Assembly: GCA_039815375.1 (NCBI GenBank)
Contig: JBCBZJ010000014.1
Span: 1-64,000, forward strand
DNA from: Verrucomicrobiota bacterium
GTDB taxonomy: Bacteria; Verrucomicrobiota; Verrucomicrobiia; Opitutales; Coraliomargaritaceae
Direction: 5' to 3'
Length of the DNA stretch: 64,000 bases
Below are positions 53,663-64,000 of this stretch, one piece after another. The notes under the pieces were generated by a model. That model saw only the letters and a program-made list of their open reading frames with translations, was not told where the DNA came from and made no database searches. Position numbers and translations under genes: made by a program. The first letter of the stretch is position 1, and each line of letters opens with the position of its first letter.

Positions 53663-53901
53663 AACCTCTAAAAGGATGAGAAGATGGCGTTCAGCAATAA
53701 CGAATCTCGTAGCTCCAGAAAATGGGCCGACCTCGAAATTGATTCCGAGGCCGGCTTATCTTACTTACTACCTACCCTAGAGAGCAAATTTTGCCCTAAA
53801 GACATAATAAATCCTTAATAAAGCATTTATTTTATCACCCAAATAGACATTTATCTAATAGATGTTTTTAATGTATTCGTTCGATTTAAACTATAATTAA
53901 A

Positions 53902-54849
53902 ATGAAGCATCTGCCATGGTTAAATTACCATCATCTCCAATACTTTCGTGCTATCGTGCGCGAAGGCGGGGTCACTAAAGCTGCTCAGAAGCTGAACCTT
54001 TCCCAGTCAACTTTGAGCGCGCAGCTTAAAGACCTGGAAGAATCTTTAGGCTCAAAATTATTTGAGCGTGAAGGCCGCAGCTTAGTTCTGACCGAGGCAG
54101 GCCAAGTCGCGCTGGACTACGCCGAAGATATTTTCCAAACCGGTGACGAGCTACGGGCCTGGTTTGCCGAAGTTCACCCGGAAGGCCGGCGCAGCGTTCG
54201 AATCGGCGCCCTGAGCCCTCTTTCCAAGAACCTTCAATTCGAAATCATACGCCCGCTCGTCATGGCCGGTGAAACTCACGTCCAGGTTGTTGAGGGGGAG
54301 ATGCAGGACATGATGGAACGGCTGAAACACCATCAGATCGATCTGTTACTTTCCAACGTGCCACCAGGCGGTGCCGATGCCGAACATACCCATGCCCATG
54401 TACTTGGAGAAATGCCGGTCTATCTCGTCGGCAGGCCACCTTTCAAAATACCGAAGAAGCCATTCCCAAAATGGCTTGATGACATTCCATTGTTTCTCCC
54501 CTCAGGACGATCAGCGGCGCGGGTTGAATTCGATGCAATGCTCGTTCGAGCTGGAGTCGCACCAAAGGTGCAGGCTGAAGTCGACGACATGGCGCTGCTA
54601 CGCCTGCTTGCCTTGACCGGAGCAGGATTAGCGCTCGTTCCAGAGATCGGCGTAAAGTTCGAGTTGGAGGAAAAACGCCTGCTTCGGATTGAAAAGATCA
54701 AAAACCTCAAAGAGCGATTCTATGCAATCACCGCTCGCCGTTCACGCCTTCCTCAACAAATCGTGGATATCATCGAATCAGGTAAAGAAGTGCTCGCAGC
54801 AGCTATCGAGCAGAGCCGTAAAAACCGCGCGCGCACACGAGGTAAATAG
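53902..54849 (+). CDS. LysR-family regulator (NhaR-like)
   Basis: WLNYHHLQYF start typical of NhaR-like LysRs; HTH; AEVDDMALLRL. Confidence 0.88.
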   Translation: MKHLPWLNYHHLQYFRAIVREGGVTKAAQKLNLSQSTLSAQLKDLEESLGSKLFEREGRSLVLTEAGQVALDYAEDIFQTGDELRAWFAEVHPEGRRSVRIGALSPLSKNLQFEIIRPLVMAGETHVQVVEGEMQDMMERLKHHQIDLLLSNVPPGGADAEHTHAHVLGEMPVYLVGRPPFKIPKKPFPKWLDDIPLFLPSGRSAARVEFDAMLVRAGVAPKVQAEVDDMALLRLLALTGAGLALVPEIGVKFELEEKRLLRIEKIKNLKERFYAITARRSRLPQQIVDIIESGKEVLAAAIEQSRKNRARTRGK

Positions 54850-54917
54850 AATTATCCGAATAAGAGCAGCGTGCATTAACTTGTGCATGGCGCAGCAAAG
54901 TCACGAGATCTAGGCAG

Positions 54918-54949
54918 AAAAAGCCCGTTGGTGATCAAAACCAACGGGC
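54918..54949 (-). terminator. Terminator downstream of tRNA-Asp
   Basis: Minus strand gcccgttggt-tttgatc-accaacgggc-ttttt. Confidence 0.85.
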
Positions 54950-54953
54950 AAAA

Positions 54954-55030
54954 TGGCGGGATAGACGGGACTTGAACCCGCGGCCTCCTGCGTGACAGGC
55001 AGGCGCTCTAACCAACTGAGCTACTACCCC
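54954..55030 (-). tRNA. tRNA-Asp (GTC)
   Basis: ggggtagtagctcagttggttagagcgcctgcctGTCacgcaggaggccgcgggttcaagtcccgtctatcccgCCA, 77 nt, canonical D and T loops. Confidence 0.97.
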
Positions 55031-55050
55031 AAAAATTGGGAAAGACGCAG

Positions 55051-55078
55051 ACAGTAGGTTTGGGCTAATTCGTGTCAA
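55051..55078 (-). promoter_or_regulatory. Sigma70-type promoter of tRNA-Asp
   Basis: TTGACA-16 nt-TACTGT on the minus strand, 20 nt upstream of the tRNA. Confidence 0.55.
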
Positions 55079-55112
55079 GCGGTGTTTTCCTCATTTTTGG
55101 ACAAGGTTCAAA

Positions 55113-56297
55113 CTAGTCCTCTGAGTCTTCCAGCATCCTTACTCGACGGTGCGGTTGTGGAAATTGAAGCGTGATTGCCGTGCCGACCGATTCGCGCGAT
55201 TCAATTGTGATGTGACCACCGTGTTCACGCATAATTCGCTGAACAATCATCATGCCTAGGCCATGACCTGCCTTTTTCGTCGTGTAATAGGCCTGAAAAA
55301 CCTTTGAAAGTTCCTCCTCCGAAATACCTGAACCCGTATCAGCAAATTGGAGGTAGACAAAATCATCATCCTTGTGGGCCATTATGCTCAACTTGCCACC
55401 GGCTTGCATCGCCTCCATCGCGTTCTTGATCAGGTTAAAAAAAACCTGCTTGATTTGACCACGGTCGCCAAGCACAGCGGGGAACTCATCACTGACCTTG
55501 ACCTCGACATCGACCTCTAAGCGACGATCGCTGAGCTCTGCCTCCTGAACACGCAGAACCTCCTCCAGAAGCTCGACGAGTTGGAGTTCATTCAGCTCAG
55601 GCTTCTGAGGGCGTACAGCTTCAAGGAAATGGGTAATGATTCCGTCAAGTCGCTGGACCTCTCCCTGGCAAACTTCCAGTGATTCTGCAAGTGAGGCACC
55701 CTCTCTCTCAAGAGCCAGCTTCTTCAGCTTTCTCTCAATAAGCTGTAAATGGATCGTGAGCGAATTAAGCGGATTACCCAACTCGTGAGCAACCCCGGCA
55801 GCAAGCCGCACGATAGAAGAAGTGCGCTCGTTCTCCAGCTGCTCCTCCATCGAAACTTTTTCTTCCGTCAAATCCGAAATCACGATCACGTAGCCGCCGC
55901 TGCCATCATGCCCAACCTGCGCATCGATCGGCACCATATAGAGTCGAACAATGCGCCGTTCAGGGTAGTTCAACTCAAGCTCACGCGAGAGAACCGGAGC
56001 GGATTTTTTGCCCAAGGTAGCATCAGGATCGATCGACTTGGCCAGATCGGGCACCATCTTCCAAAGGCGCGTGACTCCAATATCGTTGGCCTTGAGGCCA
56101 ATCAAAAATAGGGCCGCATCATTGGCATATTGCACCACACCATCGGAATCGATCACCAGTATACCGTCCTGTATCGTATTAAAAACAGTCTCCTGCATCT
56201 TGCGCTCACGGGCGAGCCGCTGCACAAGAATGCCAAGATTGACCGAATCAAGATCTTCGATCCGCCCTAGAATCTTATCGAGACCGGTGTTCTTCAT
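55113..56297 (-). CDS. PAS-domain sensor histidine kinase (NtrB-like, cytoplasmic)
   Basis: [12 protein letters not shown]-box, [26 protein letters not shown]. Confidence 0.92.
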   Translation of the reverse strand: MKNTGLDKILGRIEDLDSVNLGILVQRLARERKMQETVFNTIQDGILVIDSDGVVQYANDAALFLIGLKANDIGVTRLWKMVPDLAKSIDPDATLGKKSAPVLSRELELNYPERRIVRLYMVPIDAQVGHDGSGGYVIVISDLTEEKVSMEEQLENERTSSIVRLAAGVAHELGNPLNSLTIHLQLIERKLKKLALEREGASLAESLEVCQGEVQRLDGIITHFLEAVRPQKPELNELQLVELLEEVLRVQEAELSDRRLEVDVEVKVSDEFPAVLGDRGQIKQVFFNLIKNAMEAMQAGGKLSIMAHKDDDFVYLQFADTGSGISEEELSKVFQAYYTTKKAGHGLGMMIVQRIMREHGGHITIESRESVGTAITLQFPQPHRRVRMLEDSED

Positions 56298-56944
56298 GCT
56301 TTGGCAGGTGCAATCCGGCTGATGAGCTCAATTGCAATCGCACTTTTGCTGGCGGGACCGATTTGTTTGAATGAGCCGTCGGCTCCGATCAGGAGCACCT
56401 CGTTTGTGTCGGCAGCAAATCCGGCCCCGGCTTGCCCAATCTCGTTGGCCACGATCCAATCGAGTCGCTTGCTTTCGAGTTTCTTTCGGGCGTAGGCTTC
56501 AACGTCGTTCGTCTCTGCGGCGAAGCCAACCACGGTCTGGTGCATTTTGCGCCCAGTAACCGTTTTCAGGATGTCGATGGTTCGCTCGAACTCGACCGTG
56601 AGATTCGCCTCGGTTTTCTTTTCTTTCCGAGGCAACTGCTGACTGGGACGAAAGTCGCTTACAGCAGCAGTCATTATCAGCACATCACAGGCATCGAAGA
56701 GCGCATCGACTTGATGATACATCTCCTCAGCAGTCACCACCGGATAAAGGATCGCCCCATCCGGCTCCTCCAGAGCAACCGGTCCCGCAATCAAATCGAC
56801 GGTCCAACCAGCATCGACTGCCGCTTCCGCCAAAGCAAAGCCCATCTTCCCCGTGGACGGATTACTGATAAAACGCACTGGATCGAGAAACTCGCGGGTC
56901 GGTCCAGCAGTGATAAGGCAGCGAATAGAGCTTGCATTCGACAT
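56294..56944 (-). CDS. coaB: Phosphopantothenate--cysteine ligase (stand-alone CoaB half of CoaBC)
   Basis: [42 protein letters not shown]; likely start 56944; no CoaC flavoprotein domain. Confidence 0.88.
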   Translation of the reverse strand: MSNASSIRCLITAGPTREFLDPVRFISNPSTGKMGFALAEAAVDAGWTVDLIAGPVALEEPDGAILYPVVTAEEMYHQVDALFDACDVLIMTAAVSDFRPSQQLPRKEKKTEANLTVEFERTIDILKTVTGRKMHQTVVGFAAETNDVEAYARKKLESKRLDWIVANEIGQAGAGFAADTNEVLLIGADGSFKQIGPASKSAIAIELISRIAPAKA

Positions 56945-56969
56945 AAGCACTTGGACTTTAGGCGAACTC

Positions 56970-57734
56970 ATGTCTGAACAGCAACCCAGCAGCTCCAAAA
57001 AATCAGCCTCGCCGAAAAAGGAGAATACCTTTCTCAATTTGGGATTTAACATCCTCCTGCCCATCGTCATCCTGAATAAGGGAAAGCAATGGTTCGGCAG
57101 CTATCTGGAACCCTATTTCGAGAACGTCGCCATCGGCGTCCTATTGATCGCCATCGCCTTTCCAGTCAGCTACTTCATCTACGACTACCTTAAGCGCTCG
57201 AAATACAACATTTTTTCCATTTTAGGCCTAACCAGTGTCCTCCTAACTGGTGGTATCGGTATCCTCAACATCCCGACCGAGTGGTTCGCCGTTAAAGAAG
57301 CGGCCATACCTTTTCTGCTTGGAGTCGCTGTCGTCGTTTCTCTAAAAACACCCTACCCCTTGATTCGCACGCTCCTCTACAATCCGGAAATTATCGACGT
57401 TCCTCGCGTGCAGTCGGCTCTCGAAGAACACAAGGCTGAGAAGGACTTCGATAAACTGCTGGTGCAGTGCACCTGGTTACTCGCAGCTTCCTTTCTGGTC
57501 AGTGCCGTGCTCAACTACGTCCTTGCCAGACAAATCGTCGTCAGCCCAAGCGGGACCGACGCATTCAATGCCGAAGTCAGCAAAATGATGGCCTGGAGCT
57601 GGGCGGTTATTGCAATCCCCAGCATAGCACTCATGATGTTTACACTCTTCAAGCTCGTCAGCGGAATCAAGAGAATGACTGGTCTTGAACTCGAGCAAGT
57701 ACTGCAGGGCTCAGAGGAGAGTAAAAAATCTTAG
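56970..57734 (+). CDS. VC0807-like membrane protein
   Basis: [51 protein letters not shown]; likely start MSEQQPS at 56970. Confidence 0.7.
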   Translation: MSEQQPSSSKKSASPKKENTFLNLGFNILLPIVILNKGKQWFGSYLEPYFENVAIGVLLIAIAFPVSYFIYDYLKRSKYNIFSILGLTSVLLTGGIGILNIPTEWFAVKEAAIPFLLGVAVVVSLKTPYPLIRTLLYNPEIIDVPRVQSALEEHKAEKDFDKLLVQCTWLLAASFLVSAVLNYVLARQIVVSPSGTDAFNAEVSKMMAWSWAVIAIPSIALMMFTLFKLVSGIKRMTGLELEQVLQGSEESKKS

Positions 57735-57838
57735 TCATCCTCCCGGCCTTGATCCTGATTTCAGCACAGAACGGTGCCAAGAGCTGAGGGATTAAGGATT
57801 CAACTAAGAAAAAGAACCAAGTCGAGGGCTTCCGGCTC

Positions 57839-58984
57839 TCAACGAATCTCCCATCGATAGTGCATCGAAGAAAGTTTCTCATAGCCACCGTCTATCACGC
57901 GAACAACGTCCTCAATACGGCAACCGCCAATGCCGGGATAGTAGAGACCAGGCTCGACCGTGATAACATGACCCGCCTTTAATTTACCCGCAGTTCTCGA
58001 AACCCGCGGTGGCTCATGCACCTCAAGGCCGAGACCATGGCCTGTGGAATGGATAAACCCAACGAAACCCTTGTCCCGACGCTCGGTTTTATAGCCTCTG
58101 GTCTTAAAAAAATCCTCCGCCGCTCCATGCACATCACTGCCTTTGACTCCGGCACGAATCCCAGCCAGCGCAGCAACCTGTGCTTCTCGAACCGCACGAA
58201 CGAGTTGTCTTTGAGCAGGTGAAGCCCGCCCCTTGAGGAAGGTGCGCGTCATATCGCCATGGTAACCGGTCTTCTGCATGCGAGGGAAAACATCGATAAT
58301 GATGAGCTCATTCGGACGCAAGGGGCCGTGACCCGCTTCGTGAGGATCACAGGCCTGGCGACCACCTGCTACGATGGTGTGACTGGCCACCGCTCCTTTG
58401 GCCAAACAGACCTGATCGATAATCGTCCTTAGGCGCTCGGAGGTCAGCACGCGGCCATCGTACATCAAGCGATTCCCTTCAATAGTCGAACCTCGTAGAA
58501 CCGCCTCGGCCGCACGCAAACCTGCAGCTGATGCGGCATTTCCCTGTCTAATTGCACGTGCCTCAGCATCAGTTTTCCTGGCTCGCTTAGGAAAAAACAG
58601 GCCACTCCTTATCTTTAAATTATAGCCTGCCTCGTGCAGTATCGCGTAGTATGCCGCTGGAAAGTCCTCCGGCAACTCGATCTTTTTCACCGCGAAGCGC
58701 TGTGCGAAATAACACATCAGTTCCCCGGGGCCGACATCACCTTCTGCGATACCGAGGACCGCTGCCGCTTTGGACTGAATCGACTCCAGTAGCATCACTT
58801 CGTCGTAATTCGATTTTGCCTGCACCCTGCTGTATTCAAGGCGGCTGACCACCGCGTAGGTCTTCTTCTCGGTGATGATCGAGAGAAAGGCGTCAGGCAC
58901 AAAAACCCCGGCTAGATACAGTACATCGGCAGATCGCTCAGATGCGGCATAAAGAAAGCGGATGGTGGAGGATTTACTTTTCAT
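57839..58984 (-). CDS. Xaa-Pro aminopeptidase (M24 family)
   Basis: DPH, YHGDMTRT, FIHSTGHGLGLEVHE, TVEPGLYYPGIGGCRIED; likely start MKSKSSTI. Confidence 0.93.
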   Translation of the reverse strand: MKSKSSTIRFLYAASERSADVLYLAGVFVPDAFLSIITEKKTYAVVSRLEYSRVQAKSNYDEVMLLESIQSKAAAVLGIAEGDVGPGELMCYFAQRFAVKKIELPEDFPAAYYAILHEAGYNLKIRSGLFFPKRARKTDAEARAIRQGNAASAAGLRAAEAVLRGSTIEGNRLMYDGRVLTSERLRTIIDQVCLAKGAVASHTIVAGGRQACDPHEAGHGPLRPNELIIIDVFPRMQKTGYHGDMTRTFLKGRASPAQRQLVRAVREAQVAALAGIRAGVKGSDVHGAAEDFFKTRGYKTERRDKGFVGFIHSTGHGLGLEVHEPPRVSRTAGKLKAGHVITVEPGLYYPGIGGCRIEDVVRVIDGGYEKLSSMHYRWEIR

Positions 58985-59017
58985 CGCAATGCATTGGAGT
59001 ATGAATGTTACAAAAAC

Positions 59018-59572
59018 ATGTTTTTCTGTCACGCATCAAACCGCCTCGTCCACCAATCGAGGCTACCCTTAACATTCTTTTCGCTTTGCCTCGCGCTCAC
59101 TCTCCTTGGCTGCAAAGCCGATCAAAGTGAGCCAACTGAGCCATCGCCTGCTGAAACATATTTTCCGATCCAGATCGGGGATGTAACGCTGCAACTTCAA
59201 CTGGCTCTTACCCAGCCCGAGCAACAAAAGGGATTGATGTTTCGGGATGAGCTCGCCACCGGCCACGGCATGCTTTTTCTTTTCGAAAAACCCGAGAAAC
59301 GTGGCTTTTGGATGAAGAATACACGCATCCCGCTCGACATCGGCTATTTCGATTCGAGCGGGCAGCTCCTCGAAGTTTACCCCCTCTATCCCTACGATGA
59401 GACTTCGGTGCCTTCGCGCTCAGATCAGATATTGATCGCAGTGGAAACAAATCGTGGTTGGTATAAGGCAAATGGCGTCGCACCCGAGGCTTTCATCGAC
59501 ATGGATGCCGTCAAGAAAGCTGTAATCGAGCGCGGCTTTAAGGTAACAAGCTTCGCAATTGAAGAAAGATGA
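59018..59572 (+). CDS. DUF192 domain lipoprotein
   Basis: Lipobox LLGC; QKGLMFR, GMLFLF, FWMKNTRIPLDIGY; start uncertain. Confidence 0.88.
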   Translation: MFFCHASNRLVHQSRLPLTFFSLCLALTLLGCKADQSEPTEPSPAETYFPIQIGDVTLQLQLALTQPEQQKGLMFRDELATGHGMLFLFEKPEKRGFWMKNTRIPLDIGYFDSSGQLLEVYPLYPYDETSVPSRSDQILIAVETNRGWYKANGVAPEAFIDMDAVKKAVIERGFKVTSFAIEER

Positions 59573-61176
59573 GAGAATCCGGACACAAACAGCCCGAGAA
59601 GCATTCGCCACGCGTTGGCAATCTCATCATACCGCCGACGATGGAGTCGATGCCGGTAAAGAAACGCTCGAAGGCAAAGCCCTACAGGAAAACAGGAATC
59701 AAAGGCTATCTGACCATCATTTTGCTTGGAGTCTTGGCCTTCGCGCCGATCTTCATGTCCGAACTCCTGTGGACTGAATATGACTCTGTCGAAAGAAGTG
59801 TTTACCAATCGATGGAAGATTGGACCGACGCATGGACGCTCGAGAATATTCGATACGAGGACCCAATTACTATCAGCTCATTCTTTGCTGAGAACGTTTT
59901 GCCCATTCCCGCTGCTCAAGTTCATCGAGCAATCAATCTACTCTTGCACCTGACCGCCGCTTTCTTGCTCCTGAAAATACTGGAAGCCCTGGAACTGGCG
60001 GGTGCTCTCGCTGCAAGCCTGGTCTTCACACTACATCCTGTTGTTTTGCAGACACTCTTCTGGCCAGGCTATCGCAACGAACTGGTCGGCCTGATCCTGA
60101 TTTTTCTCAGCGTGTATTTTGGCATCAAGAACCGGAACGCCACAGATTTTGTCGCCATGTTACTCATCTCGGCACTCGCGGCAATGGTTCATAGTGCAGC
60201 ACTCACCATACCTCTGATTATTTTCTTCTGCATCCTGTATCGGAAAGACAACTTTCGCCTGGAGGACTACAACAGACTACTGCCGGTGTTTTGCCTGCTG
60301 GTTCTGATCGGGGTTTGGACCCACGCCGAGGTCAAAGCTGAAGAGCTAGAAGAAGGCGTCACTTTTCCAATTCTAGTGGGTGGAAATCTATATCATTACA
60401 TAAGGCAGTCTCTTGTTCCGCTCCAGCTCGCGCTCTTTCATCCGTTCAGAGGCGGCATCGGGTTCAGCGTCGGCGCGACCAACAGCCTTCTCCCGGTTTT
60501 ACTCTTCGTGCCTTTTTATATTCTAATCGCAGTGAACTACCGTCAGCGCTGGGCACGCGGACTACTCCTGGGACTCAGCTCTTTTCTTCTCCTCCTGATC
60601 TACGGACTAACGCAAACGGGTCGCTTCATCGACGGAACCATGGCAAAGGAAGACCATGCAGCGTATATCGCGTTGCCGGCAATTATCGCGTTAGTGATCT
60701 GCGGTCTATCTTCATTTTTCAAGCGCTTCGGATCCTCGGGCAAACGGATTGGGACAATCGCTATCAGCCTCTTTCTAATGATCCAGATAAGTGTCACCGC
60801 GGGATTCTCCTACGCGGTCAGCGATACCCAAACCCTCTGGAAGAACATCTCCGAACAGTGGCCGGATTCATGGGTTCCGAAAGTCGCTTTTCTCCAAACT
60901 GCACAGAGTAACGAGGATACAGGCCTTAATGAACGGAATCTCATTCGTTTGCTGGAGAGCATACTCGAGCAAAGCCCCGACCTTCATCGCGAACGCATTC
61001 TGTTAGCCCGGAGCTATCTCAAATTAGGTCAAAGCCGTAATGCACTCCGCGAGTATCGGCGTGTTTTGCGTGACACCGATCCGAGTAACGAATTCCTTGA
61101 AGAAGCGGCTCAGGTGCTCGATAACCAAGGACTGCAATGGGAAGCAACCAACGCTCGAGAACGCATCAAACTCTAA
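59569..61176 (+). CDS. Multi-TM membrane protein with C-terminal TPR (GT-C/TMTC-like)
   Basis: [15 protein letters not shown], many TM helices, TLWKN, TPR-like tail. Confidence 0.65.
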   Translation: MRESGHKQPEKHSPRVGNLIIPPTMESMPVKKRSKAKPYRKTGIKGYLTIILLGVLAFAPIFMSELLWTEYDSVERSVYQSMEDWTDAWTLENIRYEDPITISSFFAENVLPIPAAQVHRAINLLLHLTAAFLLLKILEALELAGALAASLVFTLHPVVLQTLFWPGYRNELVGLILIFLSVYFGIKNRNATDFVAMLLISALAAMVHSAALTIPLIIFFCILYRKDNFRLEDYNRLLPVFCLLVLIGVWTHAEVKAEELEEGVTFPILVGGNLYHYIRQSLVPLQLALFHPFRGGIGFSVGATNSLLPVLLFVPFYILIAVNYRQRWARGLLLGLSSFLLLLIYGLTQTGRFIDGTMAKEDHAAYIALPAIIALVICGLSSFFKRFGSSGKRIGTIAISLFLMIQISVTAGFSYAVSDTQTLWKNISEQWPDSWVPKVAFLQTAQSNEDTGLNERNLIRLLESILEQSPDLHRERILLARSYLKLGQSRNALREYRRVLRDTDPSNEFLEEAAQVLDNQGLQWEATNARERIKL

Positions 61177-61213
61177 CTGTCGAATCCATAGAATTTTTAA
61201 ACTACACCCAGAT

Positions 61214-62524
61214 ATGAGCACAACAAAAACACCCGGCCTTGGGACCAAGGCGCTTCATGCAGGACAATCTCCTGACCCAGCCACCGGCTCTCGCGGAGTC
61301 CCCATTTACCAGACCACGAGCTACGTCTTCAATGACACAGCACATGCTGCACGCCTCTTCGGTCTCGAAGAACTGGGCAATATCTACACGCGCATCATGA
61401 ATCCCACCACAGATGTGCTCGAGCAACGCATCGCTGCCCTTGAAGGAGGTGTCGGTGGACTCGCCCACGCAAGCGGACAGGCGGCCATTACCAGCGCGAT
61501 TCTCAATATCGCGCGGGCCGGAGAGAATATCGTTTCTGCATCTCAACTCTACGGAGGCACCTATACGCTCTTTAAATACACCCTGCCAAAGCTGGGCATC
61601 GAGGTCCGTTTTGCTGACGCGGAAAATCCCGAGACCTTTGAGCCGCTCATCGACGACAAAACCCGCGCCGTCTATGGAGACACTGTGGGCAACCCGAAGA
61701 TGAACGTCTTCCCCTTCGAAGAAGTTTCCGCGGTCTGCAAGCAACATAAGCTACCCCTCATTATTGACAGCACAGTCGCCACCCCGGCCTGCTGCCGTCC
61801 GCTCGAGCACGGTGCCAATATCGTGATCCACAGCCTGACAAAGTTTCTCGGTGGCCACGGCACCAGTATCGGCGGCATCGTCGTCGACGGCGGCAATTTC
61901 GATTGGGGCAGCGGCCGCTTCGAAGAGTTCACAACTCCCGACCCTAGCTATCACGGCCTCGTGCACTGGGATGCCTTTCAGGCCTTTCCACCAGCTGGCG
62001 GTGCCAACATTGCCTATATCATGAAGATGCGCCTCCAGTGGCTGCGCGACGTGGGCAACTGTATTGCCCCATTTAACGCGCATCAAATCCTGCAGGGAGT
62101 AGAAACACTACACCTTCGTATGGAACGTCACTGCTCCAACGCGCTAAAGATCGCCGAGCATCTCTCGAATCACGAAGCCGTGAGCTGGGTCAACTATCCA
62201 GGCCTGGCAGACAATGCGCACCACGCCGCAGCGGAGAAATATTTCGACCCGGAGATGAAGGGTGCACTGGTTGGCTTCGGCCTCAAAGGCGGCCTTGAAG
62301 CAGGCAGTAAGTTCATCGACAACCTGCAACTCTTCAGCCATCTCGCCAATATCGGCGATGCGAAATCACTAGCCATCCATCCGGCCACCACAACTCACTC
62401 ACAGCTCGATGAAGCCGAACAGGCATCCACTGGTGTGACGCCTGACTTCGTCCGGCTTTCGGTCGGTATCGAAAACATCGAGGATCTGATCGCAGACCTC
62501 GATCAAGCTCTTGCGGTAAACTGA
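61214..62524 (+). CDS. metY: O-acetylhomoserine aminocarboxypropyltransferase (sulfhydrylase)
   Basis: [50 protein letters not shown]; likely start MSTTKTPG at 61214. Confidence 0.93.
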   Translation: MSTTKTPGLGTKALHAGQSPDPATGSRGVPIYQTTSYVFNDTAHAARLFGLEELGNIYTRIMNPTTDVLEQRIAALEGGVGGLAHASGQAAITSAILNIARAGENIVSASQLYGGTYTLFKYTLPKLGIEVRFADAENPETFEPLIDDKTRAVYGDTVGNPKMNVFPFEEVSAVCKQHKLPLIIDSTVATPACCRPLEHGANIVIHSLTKFLGGHGTSIGGIVVDGGNFDWGSGRFEEFTTPDPSYHGLVHWDAFQAFPPAGGANIAYIMKMRLQWLRDVGNCIAPFNAHQILQGVETLHLRMERHCSNALKIAEHLSNHEAVSWVNYPGLADNAHHAAAEKYFDPEMKGALVGFGLKGGLEAGSKFIDNLQLFSHLANIGDAKSLAIHPATTTHSQLDEAEQASTGVTPDFVRLSVGIENIEDLIADLDQALAVN

Positions 62525-62568
62525 TCGCTCAAGTTAGGGCGCGCTTGCCAGGCTCGCCGACAAGATAA

Positions 62569-64000
62569 ATGCCCAACCGTCACTTCCTCACCAAACCGGA
62601 GCCGCTCACTCGACAAGTGGCCCGGTTCTTGGGTGAGGCAGCTGGAGCAGGACGTTTAAAGATTGAAGACACGCTCCTCATCACGCCAACCGCTGGTGCG
62701 GCTCGCAGCGTTGTCCAAGCACTCGTCGCTAAAGGCTTTAAGGCCCCGAAAAGCTGCCAGCCGATGCAGGCTCTTTTAACCGAAAAGCTAACGACTGCCA
62801 GTCCCATTGAACAGAGCCTCGCATGGTCCGAAGCGCTCGAGAGCCTTTCTGAACGAGAACGAAGCGCGCTTTTTTGGAAGCGTGAACCTCGGACTCTAGC
62901 TGAACGGATAAAAGCAGGAAGCAACTTTGCGAAACTTGCCAACCTGCTTGCCGAAGCTGGACTCTCTCCATCAACCGTCCAGCTACAGAACATCCTGGAA
63001 GGCGGTTTTGATGAAGGTCGCTGGTCCGCCATCTCCAGCCTGCATCGAAATTATCTCGATAAACTCAAAGCATGGCGATTGCACGATCCCAACGAAGTTC
63101 GAATCACCGAAAGTAGGTCGCCCAGTCAGAGAATCGGCCACGTCGTGATTGCCGGCGTTCCGGATGTGCCAAGGATCGTTGAAACCTACTGCACTCAACT
63201 TGAGGCCTCCGGCTGCAGGATCGATCTTTTGATTTGGAATCCGACACAGTCAGACGAATCGAGTTATGATCTATTTGGGCGGCCCATTCCAGAGCTCTGG
63301 AACAAGCGCACGATCGAGTTTTCCGACCGGCAACTCAATGTCGCCGCTTCAGCTCATGACGAAGCACGACTTGTCGTCGATCAGCTTCTCGACGTTTGCT
63401 CCGCAGGACTCGTCGTGGTTGACCCGAAACTTCAGTCCTTGCTCGCAGCGGAGATTCTATCAAAGCAACAAAAGCCCTACCTCCCGGAAGGCGAATCTTT
63501 GATCCGGAGCGAAGCGGCTAAGCTCGTGCTGAGCTGGGATGAATTTCAGATCGGGCAGGACCTCCGTCATCTGCGACGCCTTACCGAACTTCCCGCATTT
63601 TGCCGTGCTTTGGATAACAAAGACCCGATCTCTCAAACCGACGCACTGACTGCAATTGATCACCTTTTAGGCGAAAGCATCGCCAGTACTCTTGAGAGCG
63701 GATGGAGCGCATCACCCCCACTTCCTGAAGAGGCGCAGGTGCGCGATCGCACCACCCGGGCAATCGTTCGACGGTTGCTTGGTGCCGTCCGGGCCAAGCT
63801 TCATTGTTCCGGATTCGAGTTGTTAGAGTTCGCCTTTCCGGAAGACGAACGCCCCGAGTCTGTCCAACGCCTGCTCCAGCTCGGCAAAGAACTAAGTGAC
63901 TCTCCAGCACTCAAAGGAAGAAAAGGTATTCCGATTCAAATTCTAATCCGAGCCATGCTATCCGAGCAAATTCAGTCTCCTGCACCGCCCGAATCGATTA
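62569..64000 (+). CDS. AddB-like (inactive helicase + PD-(D/E)xK nuclease) protein, 3'-truncated by window edge
   Basis: Absent from the ORF track, presumably because it has no stop in the window; starts MPNRHFLTKPEP..LLITPTAGAARS, RWSAISSLHRNYLDKL..DP, typical of the AddB N-terminus. Confidence 0.6.
   Translation, partial: MPNRHFLTKPEPLTRQVARFLGEAAGAGRLKIEDTLLITPTAGAARSVVQALVAKGFKAPKSCQPMQALLTEKLTTASPIEQSLAWSEALESLSERERSALFWKREPRTLAERIKAGSNFAKLANLLAEAGLSPSTVQLQNILEGGFDEGRWSAISSLHRNYLDKLKAWRLHDPNEVRITESRSPSQRIGHVVIAGVPDVPRIVETYCTQLEASGCRIDLLIWNPTQSDESSYDLFGRPIPELWNKRTIEFSDRQLNVAASAHDEARLVVDQLLDVCSAGLVVVDPKLQSLLAAEILSKQQKPYLPEGESLIRSEAAKLVLSWDEFQIGQDLRHLRRLTELPAFCRALDNKDPISQTDALTAIDHLLGESIASTLESGWSASPPLPEEAQVRDRTTRAIVRRLLGAVRAKLHCSGFELLEFAFPEDERPESVQRLLQLGKELSDSPALKGRKGIPIQILIRAMLSEQIQSPAPPESI

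Noticed and set aside
51333..54960. attL/attR duplication of the tRNA-Asp 3' end bounding an island
   Set aside because: No second copy of the tRNA 3' sequence was found by eye and there is no integrase, so island status is unproven
61177..61213. SAM riboswitch upstream of metY
   Set aside because: Only 37 nt of intergenic sequence and no recognisable aptamer
1..64000. CRISPR array, rRNA, IS transposase, integrase or prophage
   Set aside because: No regularly spaced direct repeats with unique spacers and no matching protein motifs were seen

Overview
Gene-dense bacterial chromosome segment, most likely Verrucomicrobiota (Opitutia/Puniceicoccales-like). This taxonomic call is inferred from the PEP-CTERM proteins, fucose catabolism genes, long adenylate kinase, short ThrS and a DxDxDG..EY..GT.P C-terminal surface domain. 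Housekeeping content: lpxK, topB, thrS, lysS, dinB, a DinG helicase, nuoB-N (no nuoA here), metK-ahcY, metY, a CoaB half-gene, tRNA-Asp(GTC) and a partial AddB-like gene. Accessory content: an AT-rich 2TM + winged-helix gene pair, two PEP-CTERM proteins (pentapeptide-repeat and LamG-like), secreted rhodanese, phosphotriesterase and YHYH proteins, an Xre/RES toxin-antitoxin pair, a 1.3-kaa secreted beta-rich protein and a wHTH/SbtA/voltage-gated Na+ channel/NhaR-like LysR cluster next to the tRNA. The most striking unexplained structure is a GxxExxY (PD-(D/E)xK-fold) gene inside the metK-ahcY operon, bracketed by ~35-bp imperfect inverted repeats made of three CRCNAAG units at ~10-nt period. 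It is a candidate compact mobile or intervening element. No CRISPR array, rRNA, integrase or transposase was seen. All calls come from reading motifs by eye; no database searches were run.
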